Source of the DNA: an uncultured Chloroflexia bacterium
Lineage (GTDB): Bacteria; Chloroflexota; Limnocylindria; Limnocylindrales; CSP1-4
Direction: 5' to 3'
Assembly: GCA_963744115.1 (NCBI GenBank)
Contig: CAVUSI010000003.1
Location: 1,480,932 to 1,544,931 of the forward strand
Length of the DNA stretch: 64,000 nucleotides
Part shown: positions 26,408 to 35,978 of the stretch, piece after piece
Position numbering within the stretch: the first letter of the stretch is position 1
Layout of the letters: every line of letters starts with the position of its first letter
The notes under the pieces: generated by a model
Database searches by the model: none
What the model was told of the DNA's origin: nothing
What the model saw: the letters and a program-made list of their open reading frames with translations, nothing else
Position numbers and translations under genes: made by a program

Positions 26408-26875
26408 ATGCGCTGTCCGCAATGCGGTGAACGCGAGACCAGGGTCGTCGACTCGCGCGACCTCGATGACTCGGCGACGATCCGCCGCCGCCGCGAATGC
26501 GCGGCATGCGCGACGCGGTTCACGACGTACGAGCGGGTCGAGGCGGCGCGCCTGGTCGTCGTCAAGCGCGACGGCGTTCGCCAGGAGTTCGACCGTGACA
26601 AGCTCGCCAGTGGGTTGCGCAAGGCGCTGACCCGACGGCCGGTCCCGGACGGCTCGGCCGAGGCGGCGGCGGATGCGATCGAGGCGGAGCTCCGGTCAGC
26701 CGGCGCGAGCGAGATCCCGTCCTCGCGGATCGGGGCGATGGCGATGGACAAGCTCCGCGGCATCGACCAGATCGCCTACATCCGGTTCGCCAGCGTGTAC
26801 CAGAGCTTCGAGGATCTCGAGGACCTCAAGCGCGAGGTCGATACGCTCTTCGACAGCCGCGGCGACGACCGGTGA
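26408..26875 (+). CDS. nrdR: transcriptional repressor NrdR
   Basis: ORF 26366..26875 trimmed to the ATG at 26408. Has the zinc ribbon MRCPQCG...CAAC followed by an ATP-cone ([16 protein letters not shown]...[13 protein letters not shown]). Confidence 0.95.
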   Translation: MRCPQCGERETRVVDSRDLDDSATIRRRRECAACATRFTTYERVEAARLVVVKRDGVRQEFDRDKLASGLRKALTRRPVPDGSAEAAADAIEAELRSAGASEIPSSRIGAMAMDKLRGIDQIAYIRFASVYQSFEDLEDLKREVDTLFDSRGDDR

Positions 26876-27465
26876 GCGTCCTCGCGGACCGTGACATCCG
26901 GGCCGCGATCGAAGCGGGTGACGTGCGGATCGACCCGTACGACCCGAGCGATCTGCAGCCGTCCTCGGTGGACCTCCACCTCGACCGCAGCTTCCGGGTG
27001 TTCCGCAACAACCGCTACGCCTACATCGACGTCCGCGCCCCCCAGCCGGACCTGACCGAGCTCCTGCGGATCGACGACGACGAGCCGTTCATCCTCCACC
27101 CGGGTGAGTTCGTCCTGGGGCAGACGCTCGAATGGGTCGAGCTGCCCGACGACCTCGTGGCCCGGCTCGAGGGCAAGAGCTCGCTCGGCCGGCTCGGCCT
27201 GCTCATCCACTCCACCGCGGGCTACGTCGATCCGGGCTGGAAGGGCAATCTGACGCTCGAGCTGAGCAACGTCGCCAACCTGCCGATCGCGTTGTACTTC
27301 GGGATGCGGATCGGGCAGATCAGCTTCTTCCGGATGTCGAGCCCGGTCGAGCGGCCGTACGGCTCGCCGACGCTCGGCTCGAAATACCAGGGCCAGTCGG
27401 AGCCGACCGCCTCGGCCTTCCACCGCGACTTCACGGGCCGGACGGAGGAGCGGTCCCGGTCCTGA
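26872..27465 (+). CDS. dcd: dCTP deaminase (dUTP-forming or bifunctional type)
   Basis: 197-aa ORF with a GTGA overlap with nrdR. Motifs [22 protein letters not shown] and [12 protein letters not shown] are present. Confidence 0.9.
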   Translation: MSVLADRDIRAAIEAGDVRIDPYDPSDLQPSSVDLHLDRSFRVFRNNRYAYIDVRAPQPDLTELLRIDDDEPFILHPGEFVLGQTLEWVELPDDLVARLEGKSSLGRLGLLIHSTAGYVDPGWKGNLTLELSNVANLPIALYFGMRIGQISFFRMSSPVERPYGSPTLGSKYQGQSEPTASAFHRDFTGRTEERSRS

Positions 27466-27499
27466 CCGGACCGCGGCATCGGGTGATGGACGGCCGTCC

Positions 27500-28366
27500 G
27501 TGGGCATGAACGAGGCCGTCCACTGGTCCGCCTCGCTCGGCGCTGGAACCACGGTGGCGCTCGTCCAGGCGGGGACCTTCCGGTCCGACGCAGGGACCCT
27601 GTTCGGGCCAGTCCCGCGGTTGCTGTGGGACCGGCTCGTCGTCGACGAGATCGATCCGGACAACCGGCTGCTCCAGGCGCTCAACTGCCTGCTCGTGGAG
27701 ACGCCCGCCGGACGGGTCCTGGTCGAGACGGGCATCGGGGGGCGGATCGACGACAAGGGTCGGGCGATGCGCGGCTACGACGGCCCGTGGATCGTCCCCG
27801 CGCTCGAGCGTGCCGGCTTCATGCCCGACTCGATCGACGTCGTCGCGCTGAGCCACCTCCACTTCGATCACGCCGGCGGCCTGCTGACCCCGGAGGGGGA
27901 GCGTGCCTTTCCTCGGGCGACGATCGTCGCCCAACGAGCCGAGTGGGAGATCGCCCTCGGCGACAATCCGCGGGTCGTGGCGAGCTACGTCCAGCCCGAG
28001 CTCCGGCTCGTCCGCGCCTGGGGCGAAGCGGGCTGGGCCGACGGCGAGCGGGAGATCCTGCCCGGGGTGACCGTCGTCCCGACCGGCGGACACTCCGCCG
28101 GGCACCAGGCGATCGTCGTCCGAGGCGCAGGGCCCGGCGGGCGCACTTTGGCGTTCTTCGGCGACCTGTGCATGCGACCGTGGAGCGCCAATCCGCGCTG
28201 GGTCACGGCCTTCGACGACTTCCCGCTCGATTCGGTCCTGGTCAAGGCGTCGCTCTTCGCGCAGGCCGCCGACGAGGGCTGGATCGTCGTCCTGTCCCAC
28301 GAGGCGCTCCATCCCATCGGTCGTCTGGTCCGGGACCGCGATCGGTTCCGCTACGAGGCGGATTGA
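27500..28366 (+). CDS. MBL-fold metallo-hydrolase
   Basis: 288-aa ORF with the HxHxDH motif (ALSHLHFDHAGG) and a distal His (TGGHSAGH). Confidence 0.8.
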   Translation: MGMNEAVHWSASLGAGTTVALVQAGTFRSDAGTLFGPVPRLLWDRLVVDEIDPDNRLLQALNCLLVETPAGRVLVETGIGGRIDDKGRAMRGYDGPWIVPALERAGFMPDSIDVVALSHLHFDHAGGLLTPEGERAFPRATIVAQRAEWEIALGDNPRVVASYVQPELRLVRAWGEAGWADGEREILPGVTVVPTGGHSAGHQAIVVRGAGPGGRTLAFFGDLCMRPWSANPRWVTAFDDFPLDSVLVKASLFAQAADEGWIVVLSHEALHPIGRLVRDRDRFRYEAD

Positions 28367-28369
28367 GCG

Positions 28370-29086
28370 CTACGGCGATGGCGACGGCGGTGGGCGGCAC
28401 GGCGGTGGGTGCCGGGACGGCGCCGGCAGGATCGCCTCGACGTTCGCGGCGGCCTCGGCGGCGGACAGCGGCCCGGCGATGACCTTCCGGATCCGGCCAT
28501 CCGGCCCGATGAACACCTGGGTCGGCAGGCCGTAGACCTGATAGAGGTGGAAGGCGTCGGCCGACAGGTCGGCGGCGATCGTGTAGTCGAGCCCGTACTT
28601 CGCGGCGTACGCCCCGACATCGGCCGGGTTCGTCTCCTGGACGCTGATCCCGATGAGCTCGAGCCCTCGATCCTTGTAGGCCGCGTAGGTGTCGCGCAGG
28701 GTCGGCGTCTCCGACTGGCAGGGTGGACACCAGCTCGCCCAGAAGTTCAGCCAGATGCCTTTGCCGCGCAGATCGGCCAGCCGGACCGGCTTGCCGTCCA
28801 CGTCGGTCAGCTGCCAGGCCGTCCCATCCGGGCGGATGCCGGCCAGCTCGGGGGCCAGGCTGCCGACCGCGAGCCCGGTCGTCGGCGAACCGACCAGGTA
28901 CGCCGTGGGATGGGGATCGCCCGGTCCGGTCCCGCCGGTCGTCCCGAGCGGACGCGTGGCCGCGACGAGCACCACCGCCACCACCACGACGATCGCCAGG
29001 ACCACTCCGAGCTGGCGGCCGCTGAACGGACCGATCAGGCCGTGACGCTCGGGTCGATGTTCGAACCCGGGAGACGGGTCGGTCAT
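28370..29086 (-). CDS. TlpA/ResA-family thiol-disulfide oxidoreductase (membrane-anchored thioredoxin-like)
   Basis: 3' part of ORF 28370..29980, starting at the ATG at 29086 (MTDPSPGF). Has a TM anchor and the WASWCPPC active site. Confidence 0.85.
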   Translation of the reverse strand: MTDPSPGFEHRPERHGLIGPFSGRQLGVVLAIVVVVAVVLVAATRPLGTTGGTGPGDPHPTAYLVGSPTTGLAVGSLAPELAGIRPDGTAWQLTDVDGKPVRLADLRGKGIWLNFWASWCPPCQSETPTLRDTYAAYKDRGLELIGISVQETNPADVGAYAAKYGLDYTIAADLSADAFHLYQVYGLPTQVFIGPDGRIRKVIAGPLSAAEAAANVEAILPAPSRHPPPCRPPPSPSP

Positions 29087-29910
29087 CAGATCCCGGTCAG
29101 GAACGTGAAGTAACGGGGCATCAGCGACAGGAGATCGAACAGCATCGCCACGCCGATCGCCGAGACCAGCAACCCGCCGATGACGGACACCGTGTGGGCG
29201 TGACGTTGGAGGGGCCGAAGGACCGCCGGAGCCCGGTCGTAGAGCGCGCCGATGGCCAGGAACGGGATCCCCAGCCCGAGGGTGTAGCCGACGAGCAGGA
29301 TGGCGCCCTGGGCGGTCGAGCCCGAGGTCGCGGCGAGCGTCAGGATCCCGCCCAGGATGATCCCGATGCACGGCGTCCAGCCGATGGCGAAGATCGTCCC
29401 GAGCCCGAACGAGGCGACCAGGCCGCGCCCATCGCCGACCAGGCGGCCACCGATGCGGTCGCCAAGACCGGGCGTCGACCGGCCCGGATCCTGCAGGACC
29501 ATCCCGCCGGTGGCGCCGGCCACCGTGGTGCTGGCCCCGAGGTCGAGCGGGCGCCACGTTCGCTGCAGCCGCGCGATGTCGAGGAAGCCGGCGAGACTCA
29601 GGCCCATCACGATCAGCGCGATCCCACCGATCTGGCGCAGCAGCGGGAGCCACTGCCCCAGCGCCCCGCCCGCATACGTCGCGCTGATGCCGAGGATCGT
29701 GAACACCGATCCGAACCCGAGGACATAGGCGAGCGAGTGGCGCATCGCGAGCCAGCGGGACGGTTCCGTTCCTGCGGGCGAGCCGGCCACGGCGACCGCG
29801 GTCAGCTGCCCGAGGTACGCCGGGACGAGGGGCAGGACGCACGGCGACAGGAAGCTGAGCAGGCCGGCCGCGACGGCGACCAGGAAGGTGAGATCCGTGC
29901 CGCCGGTCAC
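29086..29910 (-). CDS. ccdA: cytochrome c biogenesis/thiol-disulfide electron transporter CcdA (DsbD family)
   Basis: 274-aa ORF with the motif LLSFLSPCVLPLVPAYL and a second conserved Cys (GWTPCIGIILG). ATGA overlap with tlpA. Confidence 0.9.
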   Translation of the reverse strand: MTGGTDLTFLVAVAAGLLSFLSPCVLPLVPAYLGQLTAVAVAGSPAGTEPSRWLAMRHSLAYVLGFGSVFTILGISATYAGGALGQWLPLLRQIGGIALIVMGLSLAGFLDIARLQRTWRPLDLGASTTVAGATGGMVLQDPGRSTPGLGDRIGGRLVGDGRGLVASFGLGTIFAIGWTPCIGIILGGILTLAATSGSTAQGAILLVGYTLGLGIPFLAIGALYDRAPAVLRPLQRHAHTVSVIGGLLVSAIGVAMLFDLLSLMPRYFTFLTGI

Positions 29911-30209
29911 GCGTCGAGGACCTCGCGCAGGAGGCGTTCGATACGCGCCGGGCTGGTGGCGAGCGGGAGCCGGCGGTCACCGAGCTCGATCACCGGGATC
30001 TCCGCGAAGTACGCCCGTTCCCAGGCCGGATCCGACTCGATGTCACGCTCGACCAAGGCGACGGACGGCCGGCCTTCGGCCGTGCGGCGGTCCAGGGCCG
30101 CCGCCAGGAGGGCGCGGGTCTCAGTGCACAGGGCGCAGCCCGGCCGGGTGTAGAGGACGACCGAGGTCGGGGCGCCGCCGTCGGCCCCGATCGGGGTGGC
30201 GTCATCCAT
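29907..30209 (-). CDS. glutaredoxin-like protein (DUF836 type)
   Basis: ORF 29907..30758 trimmed to the ATG at 30209 (MDDATPIG). Carries a VVLYTRPGCALC CxxC motif. GTGA overlap with ccdA. Confidence 0.7.
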   Translation of the reverse strand: MDDATPIGADGGAPTSVVLYTRPGCALCTETRALLAAALDRRTAEGRPSVALVERDIESDPAWERAYFAEIPVIELGDRRLPLATSPARIERLLREVLDA

Positions 30210-30286
30210 ACGCCGGGATTGTAGTCGACCCTCCAGGCGGGGCCGATCGGGCGAGGGCCAGCCCCTGGAGACGGGCCGGGCGAGGG

Positions 30287-31507
30287 TTAGGGTCGCAGGG
30301 CGGCCGACAACCGGTAGACGTGACCGTCCTGGGCGGTGACGTAGACGGTCCCGCTCTCGCCTTCGCCGAACGACGTGATCCCGAGTCCGGTCGACGCCAT
30401 CACGGTCGGCGTCTGCGGCTTCGGTCCGGCCGCGACGATCGACCAGATGGTCCCCGAGCACACGTCCGAGAACAGATAGGCGCCGGTCAGGATCGCCTGC
30501 GGCCCGCGGTAGACGTAACCGCCGATGATCGCGCACCCCTGGCCGTGGTCGTAAACGGCGATCGGTGTCGTCAGCCCCGTGGTGACGCAGCCGGACGACG
30601 GCTGATAGCAGGCGTCGCCTTCCATGACATGCCAGCCGAAGTTGAGCCCGCGCCCGCCGCCGCTGGCAAGCGTCGCCCGATCGACCTCTTCCCAGGCGCC
30701 CTGGCCCACGTCGCCGATCCACAGGTCGCCGGTGGCGCGGTCGAACGAGAAGCGCCACGGGTTGCGCAACCCACGCGACCAGATCTCGCGTCGCGCCACG
30801 GAGCTCTTGGCGTACGGGTTGTTCGACGGGATCCGATAGGCCCTGCCCGGTGCCCGCCCATTGACGTCGATCCGGAGGAGCTTGCCGAGCAGGCTGCCCC
30901 GCGACTGGGCGTGGTTGTCGACGTCCCCGGCGCCGCCGCCGTCACCGACCGAGATGTAGAGGTAGCCGTTGTATTTGCCGAAGGCGAGCATCCCGCCGTT
31001 GTGGTTGGTGTTGGCGCGGTGGCGGATCGAGAGCAGGCGGCGGTAGGTCGTCGTCGAGGTGTGGTTCTTGTTGGTCGAGCTCGAGCGGAACTCGGCGACC
31101 GTCACGTCGCCCGTGCCCTTCGCGGTGTACAGGACGTAGAACTTGTGGTTGTGCTTGTAGTCGGGATGGAAGGCCAGGGCGAGCAGGCCCTCCTCGCCGC
31201 TGAACTTGACCTTCGAGCGGATGTCCAGGAAGGCCGGGCCGAGGACCTTGCCACTCTTCCAGACCTTGATCACGCCGCGCTGCTCGACGATGAACAGGCG
31301 ATGCGATCCATCGTGAGCATTCGTGACCTGGACCGGCCCGTTGAGGCCAGTGGCGATCGAGTTCAGGTTGATGCTGACGTTGCTGAAGTCGGGCGGCGGC
31401 GCGACCGCGGCGGTCGAAGCGGCCGAGCCCATGAGGGCGGCCAGAGCGAGCAGTACGGCCGTGATGCCGGCGACGGGGCGACGCGTTCGTCGAAGCGACG
31501 GTCCCAT
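30287..31507 (-). CDS. PQQ-dependent sugar dehydrogenase (soluble aldose dehydrogenase-like beta-propeller)
   Basis: 406-aa ORF with an N-terminal signal peptide. Motifs LFIVEQRGVIKVW, GLLALAFHPDY, HNGGMLAFG, GDGGGAGD and RNPWRFSFD...GDLWIGDVGQGAWEEVD are present. Confidence 0.85.
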   Translation of the reverse strand: MGPSLRRTRRPVAGITAVLLALAALMGSAASTAAVAPPPDFSNVSINLNSIATGLNGPVQVTNAHDGSHRLFIVEQRGVIKVWKSGKVLGPAFLDIRSKVKFSGEEGLLALAFHPDYKHNHKFYVLYTAKGTGDVTVAEFRSSSTNKNHTSTTTYRRLLSIRHRANTNHNGGMLAFGKYNGYLYISVGDGGGAGDVDNHAQSRGSLLGKLLRIDVNGRAPGRAYRIPSNNPYAKSSVARREIWSRGLRNPWRFSFDRATGDLWIGDVGQGAWEEVDRATLASGGGRGLNFGWHVMEGDACYQPSSGCVTTGLTTPIAVYDHGQGCAIIGGYVYRGPQAILTGAYLFSDVCSGTIWSIVAAGPKPQTPTVMASTGLGITSFGEGESGTVYVTAQDGHVYRLSAALRP

Positions 31508-31603
31508 TGGATCTCCTCGTTCGGGCGGGCCTCATGGAACCATGCGGCCGGGCCGGCGGTCGATAGCCACTTCGGGTCGCGGTACCATGCCCTTCGGCGC
31601 ACC

Positions 31604-31679
31604 GCCCCTGTAGCTCAGCGGATAGAGCGAGGCCGTCCTAAGGCCTGCGTCGGGGGTTCAATTCCCTCCAGGGGCACCA
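31604..31679 (+). tRNA. tRNA-Arg (anticodon CCT)
   Basis: 76-nt cloverleaf folded by hand. Acceptor stem is GCCCCTG/CAGGGGC, the anticodon arm is AGGCC-GTCCTAA-GGCCT, the T arm is GGGGG-TTCAATT-CCCTC, and the CCA is encoded. Confidence 0.9.
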
Positions 31680-31791
31680 TAACCACGCGGCGCCGGGCCC
31701 CGGCTCGTCTAGGTTACCGAAGGACGGCAAGGCCCGGTCGAGGTCGGAGGAGACGCACGCGAGACACGACTTCGGTAAATTCCTGGCCGAG

Positions 31792-32433
31792 ATGCAAATC
31801 CTTGTCCTCCTCTCGGCACTCGTCCTTGGCTCGGTGGTCGTCGCCTGCGGATCGACCGCGTCGTCATCCACAGCTGCGACCGGCGGTGCCGCGAGCGCGG
31901 GATCGACCGGCGGGCTGAGCTACACGACTGCGAGGTTCGGCATCCCGCTCAGCGTGGTCGTCGCCCCGGGTCTCGGGTCCGCCCCGACCGACGACACCCC
32001 GGGACTCCTGAGCTGGACCGCGGCCGTCGTCGACAACAACCGGATCCAATTCCTCATCCCGGCCGAGGTCTATCCGCCCGACGCCACGGCTCCGACGCCG
32101 CCGCCCGCCGACTTCCTCGGCTACGTCCAGGGTCTCGCCGGCAAGGGTGCCATCTACACCGACATGACCACCACGGCGGTGGACGGAGTACCCGTGACGC
32201 TGCTCACGGCGAAGACCAGCCGCTCGCTCGACGGGTCGCTGGGCTGTCCCACCATCGGAGCCGACCAGGGCGAAGGGTGCTTCGGCCTCCAGCCCGAGTA
32301 CGCGCTCCGGATGGCGGTCATGGACATCGGCGGAAAGCCGCTCCTTGCCTGGGCTCGCTCGGATGCGAACATCCCCGACACCGCGTTCCTCACGTCGTTC
32401 GAGGACATGCTCAAGACGGTCGATTTCAAGTAG
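31792..32433 (+). CDS. putative lipoprotein
   Basis: 213-aa ORF. Signal peptide with a lipobox (LVLGSVVVAC) followed by a Ser/Thr/Ala/Gly linker. Confidence 0.65.
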   Translation: MQILVLLSALVLGSVVVACGSTASSSTAATGGAASAGSTGGLSYTTARFGIPLSVVVAPGLGSAPTDDTPGLLSWTAAVVDNNRIQFLIPAEVYPPDATAPTPPPADFLGYVQGLAGKGAIYTDMTTTAVDGVPVTLLTAKTSRSLDGSLGCPTIGADQGEGCFGLQPEYALRMAVMDIGGKPLLAWARSDANIPDTAFLTSFEDMLKTVDFK

Positions 32434-32482
32434 GGCCCATTCGGCCCGGCTGGGGTGTCGTCCGGCTGGTAGGCTGGCGTTC

Positions 32483-32896
32483 ATGCGATCCGCCCTGCTC
32501 GCGACCGTGGTCTCCCTCGTCGCGCTCATCGTCGTCGGCTGTGGCTCGGGCGACGCGACCCCGACCGCCAGTCCCTCGGCGCCGGGTCCCTCCGCAGGCG
32601 CCAGCGTGACCGGGGCCAGTGGGGTCGACACGTTCACGATGTCCGGCACCGCCGGCAAGACCAGCCCGGACACCGAGCTGTCGGGCGACTACGTCCTGAC
32701 GACGAAGGTCAAAGGCAAGTCCGGCTGTGTCTGGTCGGTTCGCCTCGAGGGTGAACCGCCGCTGGTCGAATCGAACGCCAGCAGCGGGACCACGCAGACG
32801 TCCGTGGCGTTGACGGGCCTGTTCCCGGCGTCGTACCGGCTCGTCGTCAAGTCGACGAAGTGCGGCTCCTGGAGCGTCGGACTCGATCGACCCTAG
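32483..32896 (+). CDS. putative lipoprotein with internally duplicated beta motif
   Basis: ORF 32345..32896 trimmed to the ATG at 32483 (MRSALLATVVSLVALIVVGC). Two similar halves are visible (GDYVLTTKVKGKSGCVWSVRLEG and ASYRLVVKSTKCGSWSVGLDRP). Confidence 0.65.
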   Translation: MRSALLATVVSLVALIVVGCGSGDATPTASPSAPGPSAGASVTGASGVDTFTMSGTAGKTSPDTELSGDYVLTTKVKGKSGCVWSVRLEGEPPLVESNASSGTTQTSVALTGLFPASYRLVVKSTKCGSWSVGLDRP

Positions 32897-32959
32897 CCCA
32901 CGGGGACCGACCGGCAGCGCGTCCGGAGAGGCGGCCGCGGCTGCTACGATCGGCCGCAC

Positions 32960-34564
32960 GTGCAGCGCCTGACGATCCCGAGCTTCCTGACCGATCTCGC
33001 CGCTGAGCCGCGGGCGATCCGGGCGCTGGTCGCGGCGTCGGCCGCGATCGGGGCGGCCGGCCTCAACCCGACGGTCTTCTCGCCCGGCTATCCGTCCGTC
33101 CAGGCAGCGCTCCGGTCGGAACCGGATGTCGAGGTCCTGCTCCTCCTCGCGACCCTGATCGGTGCCGGGCTCCTGTTCGTCGGCGGCGTCCTCAGCGACA
33201 GCGACGGGCGCCGGGGGATCCTCCTGGGCGCGCTCGGCCTGCTGGTCACGACCGGTCTGCTCGGCATCGTCGCGACGGACGGACCGCTGTTCCTGACCGG
33301 GAGGCTGGCCGGGACCGCAGCGGCCAACGCGGTGGTGCCGTTCGCCCTCGCGCTCGTCGCCACGATGTACCACGGGATCACCCGGGCGACGGCGATCGGG
33401 ATCGTCTACGCGGTCTACGGCGGAGCCACCGCGCTGGCACCGGTGTTGGTCACGTTGCTGGGCCCCGGATCGACCTGGCCGGCGTTCGCGGCGGGCGCCC
33501 TGGCGGCGGCGATCGCCCTGTGGATCGCGTGGGGGCGGACCCCCGACCTGCCGGCGATGCTTCGCGACGAGCGGTCGTATGTCGTGGCGACCGCGGTCTG
33601 GGCGTTCGCGATCGTCATCGTCACGTCGGGGATCGTCGGCACCGGCAACGGGGTGAACGACCCGGTCCGCATCGCGCTGATCGGTATCGGAGCGGTGATG
33701 GCGGCCGGGTACCTGGTCTGGGCCCGGAGGCGAGGCGGGGAGCCCGACGCCGGCCATCTGCACGTCGAGCGGCGGGCCGTCACCATCGCCGTCGCAGTCG
33801 GGCTCGTGATCGGGTTCGCGCAGGCCGGCCCGCTGTTCCAGCTGACCCTGTTCTTCCAGATCGTCATGCGCTACGGCTCGCTCGGCGCGACGTTGGCGAC
33901 GGCGCCGTTCATCGTGGCCCTGATCGTCGCCGGTCCGGTCGCTGGGATGCTGCTCGTCCGGTTCAGTCCCCGGGCGCTGATCTCGGGCGGTCTGGCAGCC
34001 GTGGGGATCGGCAACGTGGTGGCGGCGCTCGTGCTCGGGCCGCAGGCGCCGTACGTCGCGATGGCCCTGTCGTTCGCGTTGATCGGGACCGGGTTCGTGA
34101 TCACGACGACCGTGCGGACGGCGATCATCTTCGCCAGCGTGCCACGCGGCCTGCCCGGGACTGCGGCGGCCCTCAACCAGGCGTCGGTCACGGTCGGCAG
34201 CCGGATCGGCCTCGTCGTCCTGACCGTCGTGACGACCCGCCTTGCGCTCGACGCCTTCGGGTCGTCGCTCGGAGCGGTCGACCAGGGCCAGCGGGACGCG
34301 GCGATCGCGGCCTTCGCGGACGTGCTCAAGGCGATCGGGACCCCGGCGATGGGACCGATCGCCCTGACGATCGCCCCGAGCGATCTGGCGGCCTATAGCT
34401 CCGCCTTCACCGACGCGCTCCGGCAGGCCCTGCTGGGTACCGGGATCCTGACGATCGTGATGGCGCCGATCGCCTGGGCCATGCTGGGACGGAGGGATCC
34501 GCTGACCACGGTCTGGGATCATCGCGACGAGCGGACCGGCCCGGCCTCGATGTTCGCCGGGTGA
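32960..34564 (+). CDS. MFS transporter (14-TM drug:H+ antiporter-like)
   Basis: 534-aa ORF with many TM helices and an MFS loop motif (LSDSDGRRGILLGAL). Confidence 0.8.
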   Translation: MQRLTIPSFLTDLAAEPRAIRALVAASAAIGAAGLNPTVFSPGYPSVQAALRSEPDVEVLLLLATLIGAGLLFVGGVLSDSDGRRGILLGALGLLVTTGLLGIVATDGPLFLTGRLAGTAAANAVVPFALALVATMYHGITRATAIGIVYAVYGGATALAPVLVTLLGPGSTWPAFAAGALAAAIALWIAWGRTPDLPAMLRDERSYVVATAVWAFAIVIVTSGIVGTGNGVNDPVRIALIGIGAVMAAGYLVWARRRGGEPDAGHLHVERRAVTIAVAVGLVIGFAQAGPLFQLTLFFQIVMRYGSLGATLATAPFIVALIVAGPVAGMLLVRFSPRALISGGLAAVGIGNVVAALVLGPQAPYVAMALSFALIGTGFVITTTVRTAIIFASVPRGLPGTAAALNQASVTVGSRIGLVVLTVVTTRLALDAFGSSLGAVDQGQRDAAIAAFADVLKAIGTPAMGPIALTIAPSDLAAYSSAFTDALRQALLGTGILTIVMAPIAWAMLGRRDPLTTVWDHRDERTGPASMFAG

Positions 34565-34714
34565 CCGGCGGAGGACCCGCGGAGGCCGGTGAGGCCGACG
34601 ACCGGCCGCGGCGCGGATTACGCTAGAGACGACGCGAGGGCCCCGCTCCGCGTCATCGGGTCCGGCGCCGGGCGTCGCCCCGTTCGCCCCGCCATCGTCG
34701 AGGAGCCCATCGTC

Positions 34715-35407
34715 ATGCCCGTCGCCCAGAACCTCATCGCCGATGAGGCGATCGTCTTCAGCTCAGAGAAGCACTGGATGGCTCCACTGCGCGACTCCCT
34801 GGGGGCGATCCTGATGCTGATCGCCGCGTACGTCGTCGGCTGGATCTCACCGAACGGCGACGGGATCATCGGTGCCGTTGGGGACGTGCTCGACCTCGTC
34901 CGCATCGGGCTCGTCGTCGCCGCCATCGGCTGGATCGTCTACAACGTCATCGTCTGGCGGACCGCCGAGTTCGCGGTCACCAACCTGCGCGTGGTCCGTG
35001 AGGAAGGGTTCATCTCGCGGCGCTCGTCGGCGACGCTGCTCGCCTCGATCAGCGACGTCCAGTCGAAGGTCGGGCTCCTCGGCAAGTCGCTCGCGTACGG
35101 CGACCTGTCGATCTTCACCCAGTCGGGCGCGGCCGGCTCGGACCACTTCAAGACGATCACGAAGCCCGAGGATTTCCGCAACGCGATCCTGACCCACAAG
35201 ATGGAGCTGGCGAAGTCGGCCGATACGCGGCCGTCGGCCGCGGCGCAGGTCGCGACCGCCGCCGCTACGCCAGCCCCGGCCCCCGCTCCGGCGGCCGCCA
35301 CCGATGCGGCGGACGCCCTGGTCCGGCTGGCCGACCTGCGCGACCGGGGCGCGATCACGCCCGAGGACTACGAGGCGAAGAAGGCCGAGCTCCTCGCCCG
35401 GATGTAG
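34715..35407 (+). CDS. membrane-flanked bacterial PH domain (YdbS/YdbT-like) protein with C-terminal SHOCT domain
   Basis: ORF 34589..35407 trimmed to the ATG at 34715, which follows GAGGAG. Has two TM helices and then the TAEFAVTNLRVVREEG...YGDLSIFT region. The C-terminus is LVRLADLRDRGAITPEDYEAKKAELLARM. Confidence 0.7.
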   Translation: MPVAQNLIADEAIVFSSEKHWMAPLRDSLGAILMLIAAYVVGWISPNGDGIIGAVGDVLDLVRIGLVVAAIGWIVYNVIVWRTAEFAVTNLRVVREEGFISRRSSATLLASISDVQSKVGLLGKSLAYGDLSIFTQSGAAGSDHFKTITKPEDFRNAILTHKMELAKSADTRPSAAAQVATAAATPAPAPAPAAATDAADALVRLADLRDRGAITPEDYEAKKAELLARM

Positions 35408-35467
35408 CCGGGACGCGAAGCGAGGACCCCTCGCGGGATCCTCGCCTTGTGCGCGGGCCGGTGACGA

Positions 35468-35749
35468 TCAGCGGAAGCCGAGGTCGTCCTTCTTGGTGTA
35501 GGCGCTCGAGCCGTACGTCCCGATGTCGATGAACAGGCCGATGATCACGACGACGATGCCGAACCCGGTGATCCCGGTCGGCGACGAGACGAGGACGTAG
35601 GCGAGCGTCGTCCAGGGCAGCAAGAGGAAGCCCAGGATCGCGAACAGGCCGTTGTTGAACGCGGTGCTCCAACGGGCCGGATCGAGCAGCCACCAGATGA
35701 TGGCCACGGCGCGCGGTCCGAGGATGGCCGCGCTCAGGATGACGCACAC
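35468..35749 (-). CDS. small 3-TM membrane protein
   Basis: ORF 35468..35923 trimmed to the GTG at 35749, which is preceded by GGGAGGG with a 9-nt spacer. 93 aa and very hydrophobic. Confidence 0.5.
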   Translation of the reverse strand: MCVILSAAILGPRAVAIIWWLLDPARWSTAFNNGLFAILGFLLLPWTTLAYVLVSSPTGITGFGIVVVIIGLFIDIGTYGSSAYTKKDDLGFR

Positions 35750-35978
35750 GATGGAAGACCCTCCCAACCTTGCCCGGCGGTGCTCGGGTGGGTCCCGACC
35801 GCTCGCTGGCGCCAGGTGGCGACGAGCGGGCACAACGTCGTCCGGTCCTGGTGCGACGACGATAGCGCGAGCGTCCAGCCCGTAGGACCTCTGGCGGCGA
35901 GATGATCCGAGATGGCGGTGCACGCACGCGCCGGCCGGAGCGACGTCGAACGAGCCTGCCGACTGCTAGCCTTGGCCC

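Noticed and set aside
31680-32900. Genomic islands integrated at tRNA-Arg (31604..31679) or tRNA-Val (50176..50252).
   Set aside because: There is no integrase, and I could find no duplicated tRNA 3' segment downstream. The flanking genes are ordinary lipoproteins and thrS.
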